Below, piece by piece: positions 21,458 through 29,454 of a stretch of DNA of 64,000 bases. The DNA is from a virus. Its lineage: Duplodnaviria; Heunggongvirae; Uroviricota; Caudoviricetes. Location of the stretch: the IMG/VR virus record IMGVR_UViG_3300048837_000378, positions 40,794 to 104,793 of that record. One strand, written 5' to 3'. Under the pieces are notes generated by a model that saw only the letters and a list, made by a program, of their open reading frames with translations, searched no databases and was not told the origin of the DNA. Made by a program: the position numbers and the translations under genes. How positions within the stretch are numbered: the stretch's first letter is position 1; each line of letters opens with the position of its first letter.

Positions 21458-22004
21458 CGATGAAACAGAAGCAAGAAATGAAGAAGAAACAATTGTCCAA
21501 GAAGTCCTCAAAACAGGACAAGAAATCAGACAAGAAGATGCCACCAAAGTTTATGAAGAAAAGCGACAAGAAAAAGAGTTGCTAAACTTGGTAACATTAA
21601 ATGAACTTTTAAAAGGTTCTAAATTAGAAAGTATACCAGTAGAACATCAAGCTAATATTAAGGAATTACATAAACGTATAAACCTTATAAGAGAAGCTTA
21701 TGGTAAACCTATGGTAGTTACTTCAGGTTATAGAAGTAAAGAAGACCACACAAGAATATACAAAGAACTAGCAGTTAAACGTAACGTTCAGTTTGACGAG
21801 AACAAGATACCTTGGGGTAGCCAGCACTTAAAAGGTGCGGCTGTGGATATATCCGACCCTGATGGAAAATTATACGAGTGGACAGAACAAAATACAAAAT
21901 TACTAGAACAAGTGGGCCTATGGTGCGAAGTCAAAGACGACCAACGTAGAGTTCATTATCAAACGTTTCCACCTAAAAGTGGTAAACGATTTTTCAGCCC
22001 TTAA
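21369..22004 (+). CDS. Peptidase M15 (VanY / L-Ala-D-Glu peptidase-like) putative endolysin or tail lysin
   Basis: SGYRS...H...SQHLKGAAVDISDPDG zinc-site motif. The N-terminal 110 aa are an uncertain extension, and the true start may be internal. Confidence 0.65.
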   Translation: MTKKRRKSVEKNSLLSLILLIINKLIGKNSDETEARNEEETIVQEVLKTGQEIRQEDATKVYEEKRQEKELLNLVTLNELLKGSKLESIPVEHQANIKELHKRINLIREAYGKPMVVTSGYRSKEDHTRIYKELAVKRNVQFDENKIPWGSQHLKGAAVDISDPDGKLYEWTEQNTKLLEQVGLWCEVKDDQRRVHYQTFPPKSGKRFFSP

Positions 22005-22053
22005 TCTGCGGCCTAGCCGTTCGATTCAAACACAATTACGTTAAGGAGTATTT

Positions 22054-22299
22054 ATGGCCCAAAGAGCCCCAAAACCAATGAAAAACAAACCTGAACACAT
22101 GAATCAAGTTTCAAGTCCAGGTAAAGTATATCACTCACGAGCTTCTAAACCATCTTCAGTAGCTGCTATGCCAGCTAGTGCAAATCTTGTTGGAGTAGAC
22201 GGAACTGGCAGTAATGCTGCTCCTCTAGTCGAAACAGAGTCACGTTTAGACGCACTTGAAGCAAAAATGAACGCTTTGGTTGCAGCTTTGAAGAAATAA
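22054..22299 (+). CDS. Small hypothetical protein (Ala/Ser-rich)
   Basis: 81 aa ORF. Last + strand gene before the terminator. Confidence 0.4.
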   Translation: MAQRAPKPMKNKPEHMNQVSSPGKVYHSRASKPSSVAAMPASANLVGVDGTGSNAAPLVETESRLDALEAKMNALVAALKK

Positions 22300-22366
22300 T
22301 TAGTCAGTACAAGTGAATATTTAAACTTACTAAGGATTAGTAGGTTTGTAAGCCCCTGGTGTAGGT

Positions 22367-22400
22367 CTCCTCCCTGCATTGGGGGCTATTTTTTATTTTT
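22367..22400 (+). terminator. Rho-independent terminator at the convergence of + and - blocks
   Basis: ctccc-tgcatt-ggggg stem-loop followed by ctattttttattttt. An alternative longer stem is agcccc...gggggct. Overlaps the stop of the first - strand gene. Confidence 0.5.
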
Positions 22401-22667
22401 ACCGTATAGAATTTGAATAGTCTTAGTATATGGCACTACTCTAGGGTGAGTCATATCATCTATTTCGTGTACGTCATGCCTAGTCCAGCTATCATGCCAT
22501 TTTACGTAGTATTCTAAATAGCCTGGATTTTCATAATCATTACTATGATATTTTGAACATAGATTGTCAATTCGTAATATAACTCCAATTTTCTTGGAAT
22601 CTAAATCAAAGACTTTATCTTTAACTTTAAGTTTGGGAGCTTTCCCCAAATAAGATTTTTTCCGCAT
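22386..22667 (-). CDS. LYG-tail small protein family member (chromo/Tudor-like?)
   Basis: Ends ...TIQILYGKNKK. N-terminal K-x-x-D-K-V-F motif. Confidence 0.5.
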   Translation of the reverse strand: MRKKSYLGKAPKLKVKDKVFDLDSKKIGVILRIDNLCSKYHSNDYENPGYLEYYVKWHDSWTRHDVHEIDDMTHPRVVPYTKTIQILYGKNKK

Positions 22668-22848
22668 CTGTTACCAATCTAATTTGTTTAGGTACTACTG
22701 CCATCCTGACAGGCTTCAAAGTCTTGTGGTGCCTCAAAGTCAAAATACTACCATTACTGTAGAATACTGTAAATATAGCATCTCTACTATACATTTGAGT
22801 AGTATTAAACGTAGAGTAAGTCACCATATCTCCGACTTTAAATTCCAT
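22627..22848 (-). CDS. LYG-tail small protein family member (LFG variant)
   Basis: Ends ...EKILFGESSQT. Start refined to the ATG embedded in TAT-GGA of the upstream gene's VLYGI tail (MEFKVGDMVTY); the ORF track gave 22914. Confidence 0.5.
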   Translation of the reverse strand: MEFKVGDMVTYSTFNTTQMYSRDAIFTVFYSNGSILTLRHHKTLKPVRMAVVPKQIRLVTDAEKILFGESSQT

Positions 22849-23101
22849 AAAGTACTTCCAAAGTTGTAAGTTCTTCTGGAAATACTTCTCTACCCCATTC
22901 TGATAGAATATCATAATCTAGCTTTAACTCAACAAGATTGTATTTATCAACAATAGAATGGTAAGTAATATTCTCATTTGAGTGATACCTAGAATTTACT
23001 TTTTTATAAACGTTTCCAGAATACCATATAAATTGATGGTCTTTAGGCATAACCCCAGAATCACAGAACACTTGATGTAAAGTTCTACGTCGGCGTACCA
23101 T
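22838..23101 (-). CDS. LYG-tail small protein family member
   Basis: Ends ...LEVLYGI. Start ATG embedded in the upstream TAT-GGT. Confidence 0.5.
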   Translation of the reverse strand: MVRRRRTLHQVFCDSGVMPKDHQFIWYSGNVYKKVNSRYHSNENITYHSIVDKYNLVELKLDYDILSEWGREVFPEELTTLEVLYGI

Positions 23102-23327
23102 AAAGAGTGTCCCCTATTTTAGCATCAACTCTAAGGCACGTACAGTTAGCTGCGCCGTACCTTTCAGTCCATAATCTATACTCTATTAAACCTTTGAGCC
23201 CTTTAAGAATAATCTTTTCTTTAGTTATAAGGTTTTCTATTAAATACCAGGGTTCTTGAAACTTTTGCCAAGCTACGGAAACATCTTCTACTGAATATTT
23301 AGTTTTATTTTGCATATAAAGTTTCAA
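23085..23327 (-). CDS. LYG-tail small protein family member
   Basis: Ends ...GDTLYGTPT. Likely real start is the ATG in the upstream TAT-GCA. Confidence 0.45.
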   Translation of the reverse strand: MKLYMQNKTKYSVEDVSVAWQKFQEPWYLIENLITKEKIILKGLKGLIEYRLWTERYGAANCTCLRVDAKIGDTLYGTPT

Positions 23328-23565
23328 TTACAGATTGATTAGAAAGTATAGTTATCTTACCTTCTTTTAAATATTCTACAAATCCTGCCACAGGAAGTCG
23401 AGTCTTATACGTAGACGTATTTTTTATTGCGACATAAAAATCCATTGTACCATGGTAAAAAGTGGCGTAATCAAACTTCAAATAAGCGTCCACTGTACCT
23501 ATTTTATAGTGTAGCCATTTGTTATCGTATTCATTTAGACACATAAAGTCGTAAAAATTATTCAT
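23305..23565 (-). CDS. LYG-tail small protein family member (LYA variant)
   Basis: Ends ...IETLYAK. Start ATG embedded in the upstream TAT-GAA. Confidence 0.45.
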   Translation of the reverse strand: MNNFYDFMCLNEYDNKWLHYKIGTVDAYLKFDYATFYHGTMDFYVAIKNTSTYKTRLPVAGFVEYLKEGKITILSNQSVIETLYAK

Positions 23566-23911
23566 ATAATACTTTTTCTGTAGAAGTCATCCACTCGTAA
23601 TTAAAGTTGTCTACGCAACGTAGCACTTGAACGTCTCCGTTAAAGTCAAAATCCACTCTACCAATTCTATGAAAACCATAATGTTCGTTAAAACAACTTA
23701 CAGGACTAATAACGCCATAAGGCAACACTTCATACAACATTAAGAATTTAGACGTATTAATGCCAGCTTTAACGTAAGCCTTTATACCTTCTAACTCATT
23801 GACTTGTTCTTGGTGAATAGATTCTGTTTCGTGAGACCCGTGCCCATCACACACCGGACAGTCGTAATAGTGAGTATAAGTAATGATAAACTTACGAACT
23901 TGCTTGTCCAT
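23558..23911 (-). CDS. LYG-tail small protein family member with CxxC...H Zn motif (LYE variant)
   Basis: Ends ...EKVLYE. Has YDCPVCDGHGSHETE. Confidence 0.45.
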   Translation of the reverse strand: MDKQVRKFIITYTHYYDCPVCDGHGSHETESIHQEQVNELEGIKAYVKAGINTSKFLMLYEVLPYGVISPVSCFNEHYGFHRIGRVDFDFNGDVQVLRCVDNFNYEWMTSTEKVLYE

Positions 23912-24173
23912 ACAACGTCTCTAGAGCGCCGCCGCCCTCAAATAGTTTAACCAACAACTCTACTTTCCACCAACAAGAAGTGTCAAATCTAGTAACGTTG
24001 CCTTTGTATTCCATTTCACCATCTTCACTAATAGACAACTTATAAAAATTAGCCACTTTTATGCCTTTAGTGTTTATGTAGAGTTTTGGTGGATACTGTC
24101 GCTCGTATGCGTACCCTATCTCAGAGAACACCTCTGCCCAACCAGCCACGTACTCAGTCTCTGTTTCGTCCAT
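23892..24173 (-). CDS. LYG-tail small protein family member
   Basis: Ends ...LETLYGQASS. Confidence 0.45.
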   Translation of the reverse strand: MDETETEYVAGWAEVFSEIGYAYERQYPPKLYINTKGIKVANFYKLSISEDGEMEYKGNVTRFDTSCWWKVELLVKLFEGGGALETLYGQASS

Positions 24174-24387
24174 ATAACACCTTTTCTTGTGGATTCAATT
24201 CTCTATACCAACGTTCTACTACAGAGCTAGCCATCCAAAATCTAGACCCAATATCGTGTTTTACGCTGTAGATGACTTCGATAGCATAATCTTTCTTTCT
24301 AGAATGATAATCCATATCAATATCAAGTACTACCACAACTTCACCGTATTTGTCAATTAGTTCGGTATTAACGGGGTATTTAATCAT
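24154..24387 (-). CDS. LYG-tail small protein family member
   Basis: Ends ...QEKVLYGRNRD. AAGGT + TATGG gives the SD and start of the downstream gene. Confidence 0.5.
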   Translation of the reverse strand: MIKYPVNTELIDKYGEVVVVLDIDMDYHSRKKDYAIEVIYSVKHDIGSRFWMASSVVERWYRELNPQEKVLYGRNRD

Positions 24388-24655
24388 TAGAATACAGTAT
24401 CACAGAAGTATCAGAACAGTCCAGTAAATAGCTTAGCCAAGCACTAGGACCACTCATACAGTGCGCAGAAATCATCGCGCTATAAGTTCCACTTTTAGCT
24501 GAACGAGAGCTAACTACGACTTCAAGTCTCATAAAATCAGTAGTACGGTCTAAATAAACTACTTTATATATTGTAAAATTAGATTTATTAAACCTATTTC
24601 GTTCTTCGATAAAAGAACCTAGTTTAATCTTTAAGGGGTCTCTTAATAGGTTCAT
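24380..24655 (-). CDS. Small hypothetical protein
   Basis: 91 aa, ends ...VILYSND. In the same tandem overlapping array. Confidence 0.4.
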   Translation of the reverse strand: MNLLRDPLKIKLGSFIEERNRFNKSNFTIYKVVYLDRTTDFMRLEVVVSSRSAKSGTYSAMISAHCMSGPSAWLSYLLDCSDTSVILYSND

Positions 24656-24944
24656 TGACGAATCCTGGCAAAGAATTACATTCTTCTAATAGATACGTAC
24701 TATTTCTAGTTTCAAAGATAATACCTTTACCAGTCTTTTCAATCATATCTACTGGAGTAGTATACCAATTCTGAAAGATTACTCCGTAGCCAACTTGAAT
24801 AGTGTCCATCCAAATATCACCAAAGCCTTTAAGTTCTCTAGTGCCGTCTTCGTGTAACTTATATAATATATATGTTTGATTAGGTTTTACTTGGTACCGT
24901 TGCAAGTTCAACTCCATTAGGAATAAAGCCTTCTTCAGGTTCAA
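24624..24944 (-). CDS. Hypothetical protein
   Basis: 106 aa ORF in the array. Confidence 0.4.
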   Translation of the reverse strand: MNLKKALFLMELNLQRYQVKPNQTYILYKLHEDGTRELKGFGDIWMDTIQVGYGVIFQNWYTTPVDMIEKTGKGIIFETRNSTYLLEECNSLPGFVNEPIKRPLKD

Positions 24945-25437
24945 TGTTACTTAAAGCATTTAATGCTGTATGAGAAATTGCAAGATGTTTAACGTCGTTA
25001 ATAGGTATAACGTAGCCGCCAGTAGAATAACTACGATTTTTTACTTCTACTTTTCTAGGTTTCTTTTCTTCAATATACTTCTCCAAAGCTGGAATAAGTG
25101 TTTCTAAGTTGAAGAGATAATACACATCTTTAGTAATGAAATAGTACGCAAAGTACTTAGAATGCTTGACAGCTTGCCAAGCCCCACCATCAGTCTGTTT
25201 CCACAAATCAGAATAGCGTTCAAAGAAGAAATTGGGAGAATCATAAGTGTCAGTTTTTAGTTCTAGACCAGAACCAACCTTGTTAGACACAATGAAGTCA
25301 GCTAGTTTGCCGTCTTGTTTAATTAGGGCTGCTTGAAATCTTTTTTGAAACTGAAGTTCACCATTAGCTCCAATCTTTAGGTCTTTACTAAAATTTGGGG
25401 TACGTTTTGGTTTTATCATCGTCATCATTGTCTCCAA
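24880..25437 (-). CDS. Hypothetical protein
   Basis: 185 aa ORF. Confidence 0.4.
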   Translation of the reverse strand: METMMTMIKPKRTPNFSKDLKIGANGELQFQKRFQAALIKQDGKLADFIVSNKVGSGLELKTDTYDSPNFFFERYSDLWKQTDGGAWQAVKHSKYFAYYFITKDVYYLFNLETLIPALEKYIEEKKPRKVEVKNRSYSTGGYVIPINDVKHLAISHTALNALSNIEPEEGFIPNGVELATVPSKT

Positions 25438-25711
25438 ATAAGATTTCTTTGTTCTTGGCTCTCTTATTACTCCAAAGAACTACTGACTTAATATTACCAT
25501 AGTTCTTAACAATGTCAATACATAAGTGGACAACTGGAATAAGCCATAACATAAAACCTGCTATAGCCATAAGAAATAGCATAGTTAAGTCTTCAACTTT
25601 AATAATGATTTCTTCTTTTTTATAAAAATTAAGGTAAAGGTAATAGACCACTAAGGCAAATACCCCAGCACAGTACCAATATAATACGACGTGACTTTCA
25701 GGCAAATTCAT
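25388..25711 (-). CDS. Small membrane protein (two TM segments)
   Basis: LYWYCAGVFALVVYYLYL and LFLMAIAGFMLWLIPVV hydrophobic helices. Confidence 0.4.
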   Translation of the reverse strand: MNLPESHVVLYWYCAGVFALVVYYLYLNFYKKEEIIIKVEDLTMLFLMAIAGFMLWLIPVVHLCIDIVKNYGNIKSVVLWSNKRAKNKEILFGDNDDDDKTKTYPKF

Positions 25712-26159
25712 TCAGTTTAGCAAAGCTCCCGTACACTTCTAGTGCAGCTTTATTGTAAGCTTCAGCCGCCTCTCGCTCTGTTTTAAAGTAACCTATTCTT
25801 GTGCTTTTGTAATTATTATAGATAAAAGCTTCCCAAGGTTTAGTTTTTAGTTCTTTTCTAAACGTCACACCCTTATACTTAGAGTGCCTGTTTCCTTTAT
25901 GTTTCTTTTGATTATATTGATTTTCTAGTTTACTGCATATTCTAAGATTAGATTTTCTATTATCTAAAGTATCGCCGTTAATATGGTCAACTACCATTCC
26001 TTTAGGACAATTCATAATCAATCTATGCAAATACAAATTAGAATATGAGAAATACGTTTGTCCGACAGGATTTTTTTTACTCTTCCATTTATATTGTTGT
26101 ACTATTTTTAAACTTTCTAAGTCTATTAGAATTTGAAATTCATCAATGATTACGGTCAT
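25698..26159 (-). CDS. HNH homing endonuclease with AP2 DNA-binding domain
   Basis: VVDHINGDTLDNRKSNLRICS HNH core, then YKGVTF...KPWEAFI...IGYFKTEREAAEAYNKAALEVYG AP2-like domain. Confidence 0.8.
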   Translation of the reverse strand: MTVIIDEFQILIDLESLKIVQQYKWKSKKNPVGQTYFSYSNLYLHRLIMNCPKGMVVDHINGDTLDNRKSNLRICSKLENQYNQKKHKGNRHSKYKGVTFRKELKTKPWEAFIYNNYKSTRIGYFKTEREAAEAYNKAALEVYGSFAKLNEFA

Positions 26160-26807
26160 TTAGTCCCACCACGACCTTACCTGTTTACTGAGAATTTTAG
26201 TAAATAGAGCCATGTCTTGATTAAACATTTTATCTTCTACGTTGTACAATACTTTTTTATCTTTATCATATTGCTTTTGAAGTTCAGGAGTTAAGGCGTC
26301 TCTACGGTCGTCAGCCAGGGTAGTATAGGTTCTGCCAGTCTTTTCATCTGTAACCTCTTTAAACAGCCTACCTTCTCTTTTACCCCATTTAGCGTCAAAT
26401 GCTTTAGAAGCAGGTTCGTGGTAGTTCTCCCAAGTGTCCGTCATACGCTCTAATAGGGCTATGGCGGTGTTTAATTTACGTAGCCTAGACTTGGGTAGTA
26501 CTGAGCTACCATTGACCATACAGCCCCTTAAACGCTTTAGACTGAAGGCCCAAAGCCTAAGGTGCCAATTGTAGTCAAATTCACCTATTCCCCATACAGC
26601 CTTAGAGTATGCGTATATGCGTTTAATTCGTTCTAATGGAACTCTATAGAAATGAGTGTGAGCTTTATGAATGGGGTCTACAAAGTCTGAAAGATAGATA
26701 GTATCCCAAATACGCTTTAGTAGAGGTTTCTTTTTGTAGCTAGGTAGATTAAAGGTATTAATATCATCTTTTATACTTCTCATAGCTTTTAATAATGCTC
26801 TACCCAT
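26160..26807 (-). CDS. Hypothetical protein
   Basis: 215 aa ORF. ATGA-type coupling with neighbours. Confidence 0.4.
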   Translation of the reverse strand: MGRALLKAMRSIKDDINTFNLPSYKKKPLLKRIWDTIYLSDFVDPIHKAHTHFYRVPLERIKRIYAYSKAVWGIGEFDYNWHLRLWAFSLKRLRGCMVNGSSVLPKSRLRKLNTAIALLERMTDTWENYHEPASKAFDAKWGKREGRLFKEVTDEKTGRTYTTLADDRRDALTPELQKQYDKDKKVLYNVEDKMFNQDMALFTKILSKQVRSWWD

Positions 26808-26815
26808 AAGTACTC

Positions 26816-27280
26816 CTAAAAAGTGATTATATAAACTCTATCGTCCAGTAATGAGGATATAACAGGTTTTACTTCTGTTTCCCAATCTAGTTTACCATTC
26901 CCACAACCTGGCCTAACTAAGATAGCAGTACACTCTTCTACATCACGTTCAATAGCCATAGAATCTAAAAAGGCGATAAGCTCATTACAAGAACGTTTAA
27001 TTAATTCAATATCCGCTGTTTCCCACCAATTATGTTTAACTGGAAAAGAAACTAAGTTATGACCTAGATAGTGCATAACATTCCCGTACATAAGAATATT
27101 ACGTCCTAAGTCTTTAGCTACCCAGTCAAACTGCCTAGCTGCTTCCTTGGCTATTCCTGCGCCCATTACACATGCGCCGTCTTTTCTTAATGTACCGTTA
27201 GTTGTGATGCACAGAAAACACTCTTCCTGTTCCTGGAGTTTTTGCCAAGTTTGCCAAGCATCACCAGTAATCTCAATCAC
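26816..27280 (-). CDS. Macro-domain-like (ADP-ribose binding/processing) protein; GTG start
   Basis: TNGTLRKDGACVMGAGIAKEAA and LVRPGCGNG resemble the macro-domain Gly-rich and second loop motifs. Start codon is GTG, overlapping the stop of micro-ORF 3. Confidence 0.4.
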   Translation of the reverse strand: MIEITGDAWQTWQKLQEQEECFLCITTNGTLRKDGACVMGAGIAKEAARQFDWVAKDLGRNILMYGNVMHYLGHNLVSFPVKHNWWETADIELIKRSCNELIAFLDSMAIERDVEECTAILVRPGCGNGKLDWETEVKPVISSLLDDRVYIITF

Positions 27281-27365
27281 GAGTGCAAACCGCCATACCT
27301 AACATAATTACTCCAAAGACTACATTCCCAGCAGCAAAGCATAGAATAGACAAAACGAAGAACAT
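27273..27365 (-). CDS. Micro-ORF 3, hydrophobic peptide (30 aa)
   Basis: MFFVLSILCFAAGNVVFGVIMLGMAVCTRD. ATG overlaps the stop of micro-ORF 2 (TGATG). Weak SD. Confidence 0.3.
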   Translation of the reverse strand: MFFVLSILCFAAGNVVFGVIMLGMAVCTRD

Positions 27366-27484
27366 CATAGCAAGCCTAATAAGGTAGCAATTGCCATAGT
27401 TGTAGCCTGCAATAAGATGCTAACAATTGTAGAACCTAAAGCAAATCCCATTCCAAGTAAAATACCTGTTTTAATTCTTTTCAT
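27365..27484 (-). CDS. Micro-ORF 2, hydrophobic peptide (39 aa)
   Basis: MKRIKTGILLGMGFALGSTIVSILLQATTMAIATLLGLL. AGGGAG SD 8 nt upstream. TAAATG junction with micro-ORF 1. Confidence 0.45.
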   Translation of the reverse strand: MKRIKTGILLGMGFALGSTIVSILLQATTMAIATLLGLL

Positions 27485-27625
27485 TTAAAAGCTCCCTGCT
27501 AATTTAATTACAAAGTACATAAAAGCTATTGCCGGTCCAATTGCTGCCGTGACAGCCAAGGCAGCTAACGTTAATCCAATTAACCAAGCCATACCATAAA
27601 TTATTACTTTCAACGCTGTATCCAT
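27485..27625 (-). CDS. Micro-ORF 1, hydrophobic peptide (46 aa)
   Basis: MDTALKVIIYGMAWLIGLTLAALAVTAAIGPAIAFMYFVIKLAGSF. GGGAG SD. ATG overlaps the stop of the deformylase gene (TAATG). Confidence 0.45.
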   Translation of the reverse strand: MDTALKVIIYGMAWLIGLTLAALAVTAAIGPAIAFMYFVIKLAGSF

Positions 27626-28080
27626 TATTCAATCTCCCTGTCATTCATAGTAATGCCTAAAAGATGGTCCATTTCATGGAGAATGACTCTAGCGCCTAGA
27701 CCACTAAAAGACCTTACCACAGTACGGTTAGCCAAGTCAAGGTATTCTACTTTAATTCTTAAAGGTCTAGTAACTTTGCAGGTTTCGCCTGGAAAACTTA
27801 AACAACCTTCTATATCGGTTGCCACTTCTTTGCTTGACCCTAAAATTTTTGGATTAAACATTATGCCGGAGTCGTTAGCACTGTACGTTTGGTTGACGCA
27901 ATCAAATACTATAAGGCTAATTGATTCACCTACTTGAGGGGCGGCTAATCCTATTCCACCTTCTAAACGCATAGTAGCTAGCATTTTTACGGCTAGCTGT
28001 TTAAGCTCATCTGTAATTTCTTCTACAGGACTAGCTACTTGACGTAGTATCGGATGATTGTCCTTTAATATCTTTAACAC
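27625..28080 (-). CDS. def: Peptide deformylase
   Basis: GIGLAAPQVG, EGCLSFPG and HEMDHL, the three PDF motifs. 151 aa. Confidence 0.9.
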   Translation of the reverse strand: MLKILKDNHPILRQVASPVEEITDELKQLAVKMLATMRLEGGIGLAAPQVGESISLIVFDCVNQTYSANDSGIMFNPKILGSSKEVATDIEGCLSFPGETCKVTRPLRIKVEYLDLANRTVVRSFSGLGARVILHEMDHLLGITMNDREIE

Positions 28081-28282
28081 GTTCTTCTACCCTTTCAAGA
28101 ATCTTGTCTGACTCAACGTAAAATTCATTTTGAATAGATATACACATTTCAGGTCTAGCTGGTCTATCTTCTTTAATAAAACCGTAATTGCGAAGTATTT
28201 GACTAAACCGTTGGTCAGGGTTGCTGTCTACTAAGTCCGATAAAAGTTTTACTAGTTTTTTATTAGCTTCAAGTCTTGACAT
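28031..28282 (-). CDS. Small hypothetical protein
   Basis: 83 aa ORF. Confidence 0.35.
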   Translation of the reverse strand: MSRLEANKKLVKLLSDLVDSNPDQRFSQILRNYGFIKEDRPARPEMCISIQNEFYVESDKILERVEERVKDIKGQSSDTTSSS

Positions 28283-28523
28283 TTTTCTTTCGACCTTTTG
28301 GTTTAGGCGGGTCTCCCATTACAATAAGCGTCTTACCACCATGACTATGAATTTCACTGACATCGTTTATACTTTTATAAATAGCAATACTTGAAGTGAA
28401 AGTTAGCCACTCTAATACACAGTGACCAGAAGGTAGTACAACTCCTCTAGCCACTATGCCTGTACCTGATACTCCAGACTCATCTTCTATACGTTTTAAA
28501 TAGAAGTGTTCTATCTTTACCAA
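28269..28523 (-). CDS. Small hypothetical protein
   Basis: 84 aa ORF. Basic C-terminus. Confidence 0.35.
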   Translation of the reverse strand: MVKIEHFYLKRIEDESGVSGTGIVARGVVLPSGHCVLEWLTFTSSIAIYKSINDVSEIHSHGGKTLIVMGDPPKPKGRKKNVKT

Positions 28524-28537
28524 ACTAAACCTCTAAG

Positions 28538-28972
28538 TTACGTCACACTAATTAGACTTGTAAGTTTACCATTATTTTTTAGTATCATCTCAAAAACTGG
28601 TTTCCCAGCTTCTTCCATCTGCTGCTTCATATTAGCAGAGCCTCGACTCTCGCCATCCCAAATCAAAAGCAAAGCGTCAGCGTATTGTGCCATTTGTTGA
28701 TTACGAATAGGACCGGCAGCTTTGCCATGTTCTTCCCAATCAGCTTCAAAAATCTTAAGACCGAGTTCTCGACCAACATAACTGCTAGGAATTGTTCCTG
28801 GAGTTTTGTGAAGTTGGTTCCATTGCTCCACAAAGATTTCACCACACTGGTCAATACCTCTGGCCCCACCGCTAACAATCTCTTTAGGGCTCAATCCCTG
28901 AAGCCTAATCAACTCTTCAATAAATCCTGCGGTAACTTTAATATCTCTTCCGCCTGCAATAATTAGTTTCAT
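28538..28972 (-). CDS. SLOG / DprA-like Rossmann-fold protein (DUF2493-like)
   Basis: IIAGGRD...VSGGARGIDQ pattern typical of SLOG/Smf-like nucleotide-binding domains. Confidence 0.4.
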   Translation of the reverse strand: MKLIIAGGRDIKVTAGFIEELIRLQGLSPKEIVSGGARGIDQCGEIFVEQWNQLHKTPGTIPSSYVGRELGLKIFEADWEEHGKAAGPIRNQQMAQYADALLLIWDGESRGSANMKQQMEEAGKPVFEMILKNNGKLTSLISVT

Positions 28973-29205
28973 CGGGCCGTCCTATCTACCACTTTAGAGC
29001 CTACGACTCTAGGTGGTCCAGCTAATTTTGCCCCTTTAGGACTGACAGCCAGTTCTTCCACAATTTCAAATCCCTCTGTAGTGACTCGGACCTTATCATC
29101 TTCAGGATGCTTATTGATATAAGTTACCTTTCTGACTTTAGTGACAATTTTTACCTGACCTTCGCCTGGTTGAGACAATTTATTAGTATCTGCATATCTA
29201 AACAT
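28969..29205 (-). CDS. Small hypothetical protein
   Basis: 78 aa ORF. ATGA overlap with downstream gene. Confidence 0.35.
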   Translation of the reverse strand: MFRYADTNKLSQPGEGQVKIVTKVRKVTYINKHPEDDKVRVTTEGFEIVEELAVSPKGAKLAGPPRVVGSKVVDRTAR

Positions 29206-29220
29206 AATAACTCCTGTGTA

Positions 29221-29454
29221 TTAGTTTTTTGGTGTGAGACGATTAAATTTACTTTCAATTTCTTCCAATCGTGAAATACGTCCATCCAAGTGAAACAGAT
29301 TTCCTGCAACTAACATAGTTAAACCTTGAATAATTTCAGGTGAAGTAGCTAACATTACCAAACCTCCAATAAGGAGTATATTACCTGCTAACAATTTAAA
29401 CTTTGTTGTAAATGTCAATTCTGAAAACTTCATATATCTCCTACCAATATACAC
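29221..29454 (-). CDS. Small membrane protein
   Basis: One TM segment (LLAGNILLIGGLVMLA). Confidence 0.35.
   Translation of the reverse strand: MYIGRRYMKFSELTFTTKFKLLAGNILLIGGLVMLATSPEIIQGLTMLVAGNLFHLDGRISRLEEIESKFNRLTPKN

Noticed and set aside
22005-22053. tRNA-like T-loop sequence (gccgttcgattcaaac) after the M15 peptidase gene
   Set aside because: The non-coding gap is only 49 nt and no acceptor/anticodon arms can be formed. Most likely chance similarity within a short spacer carrying the next gene's RBS.
28685-28966. + strand ORFs (27653, 28506, 28663, 28685) within the - strand early block
   Set aside because: Overlap - strand genes with recognisable domains (deformylase, SLOG). No SDs. 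Antisense artefacts.
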